This document shows, piece by piece, positions 24,677 to 35,670 of a stretch of 64,000 nucleotides of DNA; positions within the stretch are counted from its first letter, which is position 1; every line of letters starts with the position of its first letter. The notes below the pieces were generated by a model. That model ran no database searches and was not told the origin of the DNA. It was given only the letters and a program-made list of their open reading frames with translations. Made by a program: the position numbers and the translations under genes. Source of the DNA: Oikopleura dioica. Taxonomy: Eukaryota; Animalia; Chordata. Location of the stretch: contig OU015566.1 of NCBI GenBank assembly GCA_907165135.1, positions 13,702,001 to 13,766,000 of the forward strand, in the 5' to 3' direction.

Positions 24677-27584
24677 ATGGAGGGTGAAAACAATGACGAA
24701 TCTAGGTAAGCAATGAAAATGAAAGATCCGTTTGCTTGAGTGGTGCTTTTCAGTCAGGAAGTATCAGAGCAAGTTGTCGAGGAGACTGTAGTCGAAGAAA
24801 CAGTAGTTGAGCAGGCGAGAACTGAGCAAGAGCCGGAAAAAATGGATACTGCGGAAGAAATCGTCCAAGAAACGGTGGAGGAAACTTCGGCTGCTGCGGA
24901 AGAGACCGTGGAAGAAACGGTAGAGGAAACAGTCGAAGAAACCGTCGAAGAAACCGTTGAGGAAACGGTGGAGGAGACTGTTCACGAGGAAACAGTGGAA
25001 GCGGAGGAAGCAATGACAAACGAGGAAACCGTGGAGGAAACTGTTGAAGAGACCGTCCACGAAGAAGTTGTTGAAGATTCCAATGATGGTACGTACCCGG
25101 ATGGGTTCCTTTCGTGGCCAATTCGAGAAATGTTCCTCTCGTGGCCATGCACCTCTCGTAGCCATGTTCCCCGAGTGGCCATCAATTGACGCCAGATATG
25201 ATTCAGAGGAATTCTGATATCAAATAGGGTCTGCCAATCCACCCTCTACTATTTCTTCTAACTCCATTTGAAAAACTCCACTAGAAATGTGACATTCGTT
25301 ACATTTTCAGTACTGTCGGAATTCTGGTATCAAGAAGGGTCGATCTTTCTCTTAGAAAATTCAAAATAATGATAAATTTATGTTTAAAGCTATAAACGAT
25401 TCATATGATCAGTTATTATAATAAAAAAAATAAATTTAACGAAGCATCTTTTCAAAAACTCCACTCTTCACTCTTCTGAAGCGAAAATAGCTATAAAAAT
25501 GCTCGAAATTTTACTATCAATCATGCCGAACTTATGCCGATTATATTATACAGAGTGGAAAATGCAGAAATACTTGCCATTTTATATTTTAAATGGAGTA
25601 AGAAGAAATAGTAGAGGGCAGATTGGCAGACCCTACTTGATATCAGAATTCCTCTGAATCATATCTGGCGTCAATTGATGGCCACTCGGGGAACATGGCT
25701 ACGAGAGGTGCATGGCCACGAGAGGAACATTTCTCGAATTGGCCACGAGGGGAACCCATCCTACGTACCCTGCTCTTTTCATTTTTCATCTCGTTTACCC
25801 TTTTTTCAGCTATTCCAGAGCCGATGGACGACGCAGCAGACCAAATCGTCGAGGGCGGCTACGAAGAAGTCGTTAACGAAGAGACCGTCGAGAATGCTGA
25901 AGCTGAGGATTCGAACTCTCAGGACGCTAATTCCGCCGACCAGATCAATCTTGAAAACGATGTGATGGAATCAACAACGAGCGTTCCTGTCGACAACGCG
26001 GACGACTCTGATTCCGACGACGATCAGGCGGATGATGACAACAAGCTAAACAAAGTAACCGATTCGGATTCAGGTAAAGCACTCACAAATCCTTTCACGA
26101 TCAAAATCTGTCTGATAGACTCTGACAACGACGAGGGGCCAAAAGAAACCATCGCATCAGATGATGAAGAAGCTCCAGAGCGGCAATACGGAAAGACTGG
26201 TCTAGAATCGTCGGATGAAGAAGATGAGGGCGAAACCTCGAAGCCAGCACCTACCGGTACCATTTTTTTAAAGCTTGCAATTCTAAATCCTTCATTCTAG
26301 GGCTAGAATCGGACTCAGACGACGAAGGTCCAGTCGATAGAACACCAGCGCCAGAGAAAGCTCCCCCAGCTCCAGCTGCTGATTCTTCAGATGACGATAT
26401 CGGCCCGGTTGATTCTGGCCCCGTCGTTTCTGACTTCGATCTGATGATGCAAAAGAGAAAAGAGGAAAATCGCATGAAGCGAATGAAAAACAAGAAGAAC
26501 GAGGGCGCGTTTATTTCGGATGTTGATGACTCGATCAACTCGATGATGAATCGAATGAAAGAAGCTGCTGATGCTGATAAAGGTAACGAGAAAAAGAAAA
26601 GGGAATGTTGATTGGAATTTTAGAGGCAAATATCAACCGCCGCCCAGGATTCCGCAAAATGAAGATGCTGAAAGAAGTGGTCAAAAACATCTCAAAAAGC
26701 GACTTGAACGAGGTTCTCATCGAACACGGAATCATGAGTGCCCTTGCTGACTGGATCTCTCCGCTTCCTGACAAGTCACTGCCATCGTTGACGATTCGAA
26801 CCGAGCTTCTCAAAGTCCTCAAGAGGAACTTCTTACATGTTTCCGCCGAGACTCTCAAATTGTCTGGAATCGGTAAGGCGATCATGCTGCTTTACAAGCA
26901 TCCAAAAGAGCTCCGAGAAAACAAGGTAAAATAGGGTTGAAAAAGACGTGTTAAAGATTGTTCAGCAAATCTGCCGAGAGCTGGTTGCAAAATGGTCGCG
27001 CCCGATTTTCGGCCTCAACGACAACTTTACATCGATATCGCGCGAAGCTCGAGAACAGCGGGATTTTGAACTTTTGCCAAAAACCAAAAAGAAGCGGCTG
27101 AAGGAATCGACCGAGGGCAAAGATGAGAGTCAGATGGAAGAAGCTGCCGATGTAAGAGCACTCTTTCAAGCTTCTTTCTACCGTTTTTATTAGGAGGAAG
27201 CCCTGAAACCAGGAAGAAAAGGTTTTATCAATCGAGCTCGAGTTCCAGCGCCGAGTAATCAAGAATACGTCGTTAGACCCAAGGTAAGCCCTTTTAGCTT
27301 GGTTTTTACAGCTTTTCCGCTTTTTCAATTCGTCAAAACAATTTGTAGTGGAATGTCGACGATGACGATTCGGGCGACGATGACAACCCTCGTCCAAAGA
27401 AAAAGCGAAGAAATGTGCCACACAAGAAATCTGCCGCTGAGGATCGTCTAGATCGACAGCTCAAGGTACACTTAACTCTATTTCTTCCTAAATAACTCTT
27501 GAATTCCAGCGACAAATGGACGCAAAACGAAGCAAAAAGATCGCGCAGGGCGCAAAAGTCAATCTCCAGAAAATTTCCCTCTGA
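24677..27584 (+). CDS. IWS1: Transcription elongation factor IWS1/Spn1
   Basis: [19 protein letters not shown] domain (KMKMLKEV...[19 protein letters not shown]...[21 protein letters not shown]), WSRPIF and [19 protein letters not shown]-terminal EETV repeats at 24775-25085. Confidence 0.95.
25099..25761. mobile_element. 663-bp non-autonomous foldback/Mutator-like DNA transposon in IWS1 intron 2
   Basis: About 175-bp TIRs starting GGATGGG and a perfect 9-bp TSD TACGTACCC at 25090-25098 and 25762-25770. Confidence 0.92.
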
Positions 27585-27751
27585 GCAACAGAAAAATAGC
27601 AACACTGCTTCATGTCTTTTATTTTCAAAATTAGTGTGCGCGTTTATTTTCTTCTCCACCCATTTTAAAGTTATAAATATCCACCGAATGCTGCCAACAC
27701 CTAAAATTCTAGCTCTTCAATTTTAAACCATTCAGAATCCGGGCCACAGAA

Positions 27752-30617
27752 ATGGCTATTTACGGCGATGATGTTGTTCTGTGCTTCATCTGTGGAGGGA
27801 AAACGCAGCCAGATGTAAACCTAGTTCTCTACTCAAGAAAGCGAAAAGACGACAGTCCCTACTACCCATTTCTCGAAGTACACGACCCAGCTCCAGGAGC
27901 GGAGCCGATGGCCGATGATGGATCGATTCAGGGATGCATCGTTTGTTTCAGTTTTCTTCAACAACAATGGCTTCATTTCAACAAAACAAGAACCGCCGTC
28001 AACAAGCGTCTTTACTGGCTGAAACGACCGCCAGGATGTGAGATCCGACAACCGGTCAATATTATTGAGCTTGAAGAAATTCTTTCAGAACAAGGTAAAA
28101 GATAAATTTGTACCGAGCTCGTGCAGGTCTTGTCCATTTAAAAGAGGGAGGTCGACGAAATAAAAAGCCGGTGAATTTTCTGAATGTCCCGCTTGTTAAC
28201 CATTATTGCTGGTGATTGCGATGATGGGCCTTGGCGGGTCATCGATCAAGATTAAGTCGGAAAAAAGTAGTTATGGTCTGTTCTTTCCAAAATTTATGGT
28301 TTCAAGATAGGATTTTATTGACGGAAGGATTTATTTACCTAGGCATGGGGAAGTTGTTACGATTGCCGTTTCATTTTGTAATTCCTCAATAAGTTCAGCT
28401 TCTTCCTTTTAGCACAATCTTCCAAGAACGATGGTAGATTTTTGTGATCCTCGTGAAAACATTTTATTTGGTAATTTTTCAGTTGCCTCGTTCATTTTAT
28501 ACGGCTTATCGGATGATGAAATCATCAGATGTCAACCGTAATTGGAGCATTCAATCGAACCAAATAATGCTCCAGTAAATAATCAGTTCAAAGATGAACA
28601 TCGATAAGAGTCGGTCTAAATCCTTCCTGTACTTTTCTAAAAAATAACATCGCCAGTTCACAACACCTCTCAACTATCATTCAGCTCGCGAAGATGACTT
28701 CCACTCAGGTTCCGACGAAGAACCAACTCCGAGCCCAGCCCCTGCTCGTCGAGAAAAGTCCGTTTCTCCCCCCGCTCCCGATCCATCCCCCCGAGAAACT
28801 GTCTGTTTTCTCTGCTCGATTCCAACTCAAAAAAGCCACATGCAGCGAATCGCGCTCGAGAAAAACTCCGAAACGATGAAAACCATTCCCGAAACTCCTG
28901 TTTTCTCCGTCTTATCCCGTCGAAAACCTCCCAAAGGAGCTGTCATGGACATTCCGCACACAACACATGTCTGCCAAAATTGCTTCACGGATCTTTGCCG
29001 CAAATACCCGCCAGAGGAGCAGATTCAAGAAGTTGATGAAATGGCGAAAGTTGCGCAGAGAAAGACAAGTTTCAAATGCTATCTTTGCAAATGCTCAATT
29101 CAAATGGCACCTAAAGTTCTTTACGCGAAACAAGTTCACAAGGGCGAACCATTTTATCCGTTTCTATCAACGCTTTCGAATTTTGGTAAGTTCTCTTCCT
29201 TGATTTCAGCTTTTTATGACCATTTTTAGACGCGAAAGACCTGATGAAACCGAGCGTTTACGGGTACACCTATTCCTGCCAAAACTGCCACGATGAGCTT
29301 TACAAGCAATGGTGCGTTTATGAACGAGAACGACTTCCGCAGTCGAAGAGAAAATATGAAAAGCAGATTGAAAGTCTTTTTGAATCGACAGATACGACTG
29401 AGGATCTTGATCGTCCATCGATGGTTGTTACCAATGATTCTTTGGCAAGTCACGTGGTGAAGTCAATGGAAACAGATAAATTTATGGAATGCTATATTTG
29501 CGCCAGGGAGTTGGTGGAAAAGTTCAAAGTCAATACCCACCCATGTTTGTTCAAAAACAGTTCTAACCGAGCCTTATCATAATTCTAGTGCCGAGCGATG
29601 AAAACCAACCGTTCTTCCCCGCCATTGCCAACATCATTCCTGCCACTAGAACCCAACAACTAAACCAGCATTCCTCAGGAGGAGCCGCGTTCGTTTGCAA
29701 GATCTGTGACAAAAATCTGAAGCACCAATGGCAGCAATACGAGCAAGGACGACTGCCGAATCTGAATCGATGGCTAAGACCGTATAATGTTCAAGAAATC
29801 AGCTGTGGCCAGTGTGGTTCCACGGTTCCCTCGGCGAACACGGTCGAAGCGTCGATTTCGGGAAGTAGTTTGCGGGATAATGCGATTACTTATGAAGACA
29901 TGGTAAGTTTCTTGCTCAAGATCTTGTTCTTATTCCTAGACAATCATTTGCAAAACATGTGAAAAAGCCGGCCAGAGCCGCGAAAGCCCACAACCAATGG
30001 TCACCAGTATTCCACCTGTCACTTCTTCAGTTCAAACGCCCATCACTTCCATCACCAATCCTACTTCCAGCTGGGGCCATCCCCTTCGTAAGAACACTCA
30101 ACAGTCTTCCTCTTACCCTGTCTCCCTAGATGGTTTCTCGCCAGATGTTCTTTCCCAACTCGCCAGTGCTCAAGTTTCACAACTGAGTCAACTTGGACTG
30201 CCGCCGTTTTATCCTCTTCTTCCGCAACTGTTGTCCGCCTACCAGAACCCAGCGAATTTAGCCGGGCTTAGCCATGGTAAGCCCTCGATTCTCTCCCTCT
30301 TTTTCATCTCTTTTCTAGCTCAACTCACTGCCGCAGCACTTACTCAACAAATGGCAACGTCTCAATTTGCGGGACAAAAACGACCAACAGATGAACAGGT
30401 ACAAACCGACCCTCTCTTCGTTGATTTGAATGATTTTTAGGAGACACCGACGGAGACGAAGAAGGATAAAACGGATGACATCACCGAGCGAATCCGTCAA
30501 CTGGAAGAAAAATACGAAAAACTTCAGAACTCTTCTCGCAAACTCGCTGAATCCGTAGTCAGTGGGGAGTTGTCAAAAGAAGAAGCAAAAAGTTTGCTGG
30601 ACAAAATGGAAGAATAA
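27752..30617 (+). CDS. Nuclear protein with four CxxC...(F/Y)PF...CxxC...QW modules and C-terminal coiled coil (possibly plexus/GSE1-like)
   Basis: Modules begin CFICG, CFLCS, CYLCK and CYICA across GT-AG spliced exons, followed by a Q/S/P-rich region and ITERIRQLEEKYEKLQ coil. The family name is recalled, not verified. Confidence 0.7.
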
Positions 30618-30915
30618 AATTCCCTCCACTGTAAAAAAGCTCATTTTGGAAATAATCTGACTCTATAATTATTTGGTTCAACCTTGCGATTCGCAAAAAA
30701 TGATTTAAATTTCTTACTTCTGTAAATTGATTCTCCGATTATCCCCGTTGCAGTAACAGACCACACGCCTACCTGTGCAAATATTCTCGCTCATGACAAA
30801 GAAAATTTCTCATTTCAGCTTTTCAACTCGCTCATTTCCTGATTCCGAAAAAGACCGTTTCTTATCAAAACTTTTTCTCGGCAAATTTCTTCAAGAGTTT
30901 TTTTAAGGCCAAGAG

Positions 30916-31238
30916 ATGTGGAGAGTAACTCGTAGATTTGCGAGCGTAAGAGTCAATATTATCTACTGTGGCGTTTGAGACCACCGTCCAAAATTTGAGC
31001 TTGTTCAGGTACCTTCCTCACTCGTTATTTCTTCAAAGAGTTCTAGTCTCAAATTTTGGACGAATTCGGGTCCGAAAAAGTCTCCGTTTCCGGCAAAGCT
31101 CACATGAACCATTCCGGCATTTTCAACGTCCTCGTAAACGACCAGTTGGTTCATGAAAAACTCGCTGGAGATGGTCACGTGGACAACGATACAAAACTGA
31201 ACAGAATCTTCCAAGCCATCGATGATGCTCTTGAATGA
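30916..31238 (+). CDS. SELENOW: Selenoprotein W-like (Rdx family) copy A; Sec at TGA 30976-30978
   Basis: MWRVTRRFASVRVNIIYCGV-U-DHRPKFELVQ, intron 31009-31046, then SQILDEFG...GIFNVLVNDQLVHEKLAGDGHVDND, matching SelW (VYCGAU...[21 protein letters not shown]). Confidence 0.88.
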
Positions 31239-31261
31239 GCGGTCACTTCTTTTTCTTGTTT

Positions 31262-31320
31262 CTGAGCGAATGACGCTGAATGGATCAAAAGCTTTTTATA
31301 GCTGCATGAAGCTGAAGATT
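31262..31320 (+). promoter_or_regulatory. SECIS element candidate for SelW copy A
   Basis: ATGA (31270) ... unpaired AAA with AGCT/AGCT minihelix ... TGAA (31313), with GCT/AGC and ATG/CAT pairing in between. Folded by eye. Confidence 0.7.
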
Positions 31321-31435
31321 TCAGAAATTTAAAGGATGACTGTACTTATTCTGCTTCTATTTATTACACGAAAATATTTACTCGAATATCGTTGAAATCA
31401 ACGAAGAGAACGATCGTCAATTTTCGACTTTCAGA

Positions 31436-31756
31436 ATGGGAGTACTAGTTCATATTGAATTCTGTGGTATATGAAACCATCGTCCAAAATTTGAGCATCT
31501 CCAGGTACTTTTCATCGATCGAAAAAGACTCAATCGTTCGTAGACTCAAATTTTGGACGAATTCGGTGTCGAAAAAGTCACCGTTTCTGGCGAGGAAGTG
31601 TCCAAGAAAGACAACCCCGACGACCCAAAGCGTGGTACTTTCAAGGTCACTGTCAACGGAGCCGTTGTTCATTCCAAAAAGGATGGAGATGGTCATGTCG
31701 ACAGCGATGCAAAGGTTGAGAAGATCTTCAACGCTATTCAGAAAGCGATGGAATAA
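31436..31756 (+). CDS. SELENOW: Selenoprotein W-like copy B; Sec at TGA 31472-31474 (codon 13)
   Basis: TTCAG|AATG start; MGVLVHIEFCGI-U-NHRPKFEHLQ with C10/U13 as in vertebrate SelW; intron 31505-31543; GTFKVTVNGAVVHSKKDGDGHVDSD. Confidence 0.92.
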
Positions 31757-31769
31757 ATGTCTTCTCCCT

Positions 31770-31842
31770 ATTCTTTCATGATTTGCCCCCACTTCCCTTT
31801 TTCAAAAGCGGACGAAATGAGTACGAGCGAATGATATCAAAA
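31770..31842 (+). promoter_or_regulatory. SECIS element candidate for SelW copy B
   Basis: ATGA (31778) followed by TTTGC that pairs with GCGAA, apical AAAA, and TGAT at 31832. Folded by eye. Confidence 0.68.
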
Positions 31843-32205
31843 GAAAAAAGCTCGACCGAGACCTCTTTTGAAGGAAAAAAATCGGAAAACTTCTGAAGCG
31901 ATTGAAAAAGTCCTGATTCTCCCCTCCTTCCAATCAATTGTTCTTCCACTCTTGTTCCAAAAATAAAGAAAAAACACTAAAAGCACACGGTTCAATCGAA
32001 AATCGAAGTACTAAGAGTATTACTCCTAGCCCAGTGCTCAGTCAAATATTTGAAGTGGTCATAAAATCGATTATAGAAAGGTCCAGCATCTTCGAGAATA
32101 AAGTCCACCAAAGCTAGATCGTCGATCTAAGATCGAGTTTGAGCTAGAGCGTTTATAAGAGACGGAAAGCTAATTCACTGGAAATTATTTTTTCTTTTCT
32201 TCAGA

Positions 32206-33520
32206 ATGCCCATCGATTACAGTAAATGGAACAAAATTGAAATTTCGGATGACGAAGATGACACGCATCCAAACATTCACACTCCCTCACTTTTCAAGGT
32301 AGCTTTTTCTTCCTTGATTTCAATCAACTTTTCTCTCAGTGGCGGCATGAAGCGCGAGTCCAGCGAATGGAAGAAATGGCCAAAGAAAAAGAACAAATTT
32401 CAGAATCGAAAAAAGACGCGGAGCGAGCGCTCGCCGAAGCGAAGAAAAAAGGGTTGACAGACGCTGAGCTAGAGAAACAAGTCGAAGAGTGGAAAATCAA
32501 AGAACGCGAGTTCGAAAAGAAGGAAAAGTCGCAACCCCTGAATGTGGATACTATTGGAACTGTCGCTCAGTCCAGCTCAAGAATCAACAAAGCCAAAACA
32601 GAGCTAGAAATCAAATCGGAGGAAGAGCTGATGAGCGATTATCAAAGATTCACAAAGAAATGGGAGGCGGAAATCAAGAAGTTTGGAATGTTCAAAAGAC
32701 TCGAGGACTCCCAGCAATATCTCAGGTATTCCTCCATCTTCCTTCTCATTCCTTCCTCAATTCTTTTAGCGAAAACACCTACCTGGTCAACGAGCATACA
32801 GCTTCCTTTCTCTGTATTTACTGTATCGACCTGTGCGTCGAAGAAAAGATGAGTTTGATGAACCAAGTTTCGCATCAAGCAGTCATTCTTCAATTCATTC
32901 TAGAGCTCGCCAAAACCCACAAGTAAGATCCTCCTCCTTGATTTCAGTTCTTTCTATTCAATTCAAGAATCGACCCAAGAGGCTGTTTCCGACAATTCTT
33001 CGACAAATACCGCAAAAATGAAAATCCAGAATACCAGGTTCGTTTCCCCTTTTTTTTACCAGACTGTAACTCATCTCAATTACAGAAAGCATTCGACGAC
33101 GAACTTGCCGCCTTCCGCGAACGAGTAAAAGGCCGCGCTCAAGCTAGAATCGACGCGTATTTGGAAGAGCAGAAGCAAGAAGAAGAATCAGAAAGGCAAA
33201 AACGAATTGAAGCATCTCCTGGAGGAGTTGATCCTCAGGAAGTCTTTGAGTCGCTCCCAGAAGCCTGGCAAAAGTGCTTTGAAACGCAAGACATTCCCAT
33301 GCTGCAAGTACGCCGTTTGTTTTAGATGATAGCTTAACTTCTGCTCTAGAAAGTGGTCTCGGAGACAGATCCCAAAGTCGCGTCAGAGCTTCTCGACAAA
33401 TGCATAAAGAGCGGTCTCTGGGTTCCCGGGCCAGATGAAAAAGGAGATGAATCGCCTGCCAGTGCCGCCGCTGCCGAAAACACTAAGCCATCAACGACCT
33501 CAATAGAGGAACAGGATTAA
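32206..33520 (+). CDS. CDC37: Hsp90 co-chaperone Cdc37
   Basis: [82 protein letters not shown] and [10 protein letters not shown]. Confidence 0.97.
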
Positions 33521-35670
33521 GCTAGCTTTATTCTTGAATACATTATAGGTACGAAAACCTTCATTTACTATTTATCATCTGACTTTTCTAGCCATGCGAT
33601 TGCGTCGACCAACTTACTTCTTCATTTAACTCCCTCACACCTTCAAGGAACAAAAATGATCGTTAGGAACAATTTCGACAACCAAAAACGCCAAAAATGA
33701 GCTTTCCGCATGTTCACAAAAACTTGAAATAAAACTTGATTCGTTCCCACCTTTTATCAAAATGCGGTTTTTTGGAAACGCATTTGAGTCCTGATTGTTG
33801 GCTTTCCGTTTCAGAGCTTGATGGATAAGTGTTATTAAGTCAGGGGATAGATCAAAACGTCGCGTTTATTCTTGAGCATATGAAAGGTAAGAATGCCACA
33901 TATTTTGCCCCGACTGACCATGGTTACTCCAAACATTTCTCTAAAAGACTCTTTATTTCGGGTAAAACCTAAAAATATCAGCAAGGGCAACAAGGGCATC
34001 AATGCTGCCTCAGTCTTTGTTTGTAAAGTACCTAAGTCGAATAAAAACATGCCTACAACAAAACATTCTTGAACGTGGTCGTTGGCCGATCATTCATCAT
34101 CGATCGATGGCCCATCATAATCATGGATCATGATCGACGATGGCAGAAACAAACGGGAACTGCTCGTTATCAGCATAAGGACCCTCTGACTTTCACGTTT
34201 CACAGACGCGTGGCATTGACAACGCTTGTTGACTTTCGCTTTAAAATCGATGCAGGTTCAACGTTTTGAAAAACAATAGACATGTTGTACACATGTCTCT
34301 ATTCGAAACTTAAACTGCGCTCATTACAAGTGGGTTCAAAACATAAGGAAAACTTTGGCCCGTAGGAGTTCTTTGAGACACTTTTGCGTTTATCAAAAGG
34401 AAAAAATCAATTTGCTGCTCTGAATCAGTGACTCGGACTTTCCGACTCGGACAGTTGAAGTCAAAACTTAAAAAGTTCTTAAGTTAAGAACCCCTCCGTC
34501 AGCTTTTTTCTTCGAAAAATGGTAATTTAAAAAGTACCATCACTTGCTTCAAAAACTTGATAAGAGGAGTTTTTGACCAAGAAAAATCAATATTTTTGTA
34601 AAAATAATGGCAAACTCGTCAATTTTCGGTAGTAGAAAGAAAGAAAAGTAGAAAGAATTGTAATTACATTCAAAAAAAGGACTTAGGAAAGTATTAAGCA
34701 TTTACCTGAGACCTGATAAAGGAAAGGTTTGTCCTCCGTAAGAAAAGGAGTCCGACCCTACTGTAGGTTCAAACACTTCTGAAAATCAATTTGCTGCTAT
34801 CATAGCAGTGCTATAGTGGATCTCAATGTGCAATACGCGCTGCGTACGGAGTAACTCCTGCGCAAACAAACTCCTCCGCCCGGACAGACTTCCCTGCGCA
34901 CGGACAGACTTCTCTGCGCGCGGACGAAACTATCTACGCCCGCAACAAAGAACGCTTGCTCCCTACGTATAGCCCTTTCTCCCTGTGCACAAACTTCTTT
35001 ACAAACGTGATTATTCATTCTCCCTACGGAACACTCTTTCTTCTTACGCAGCTGTCATACTTCCGTACGGACAAAGCTCCGTCCGTACGCACAGAAAATT
35101 TCGCACAGAAATAGTATATAAGTCGCTCTGCTTCGCAACTCAATAATCACTCGACACTCACTTGGAAATCAGCTCACAATGTAAAACTGCTCACTTTTTA
35201 CAAAACAACGTTCACTATTTTTATCCTGCTCGTGATAACAATAAACTACATTTTCAAACCAAACTTATGTTACATAAGTTATGTACATTGAGAAACACGT
35301 ACAGTGCTATATATGAGAGCCTCTGATAGTTGCAGTCGCGAATTAAGCTTTTTTTTATTTGATTCTGAGTCGAAATTTTGCTAATTGAGTTGCGCTGGTC
35401 TTCCTCCGAAAACGACTGCTCAGGCAGCTCAGCTCAGCAAAACATCTTTTTTTTTCTTACGGGAAAAATTCTTATTACTCTTGTTCTTTTCTTGATTTAG
35501 TTTTACCAATGAATACGGTCATGACCGTCATAGTTTCTCCTGAAAGGTTTAGAGTTAAAAGTTTAAGCCTCGTGCGCCATCGCGCTCTCGCCTGCTCGTA
35601 GTGAGAAGTCACGAAAACTCATTATAAACTCGCCCTGACAAAAAAGCAACCAAGAAATAATCTTTTCGAA

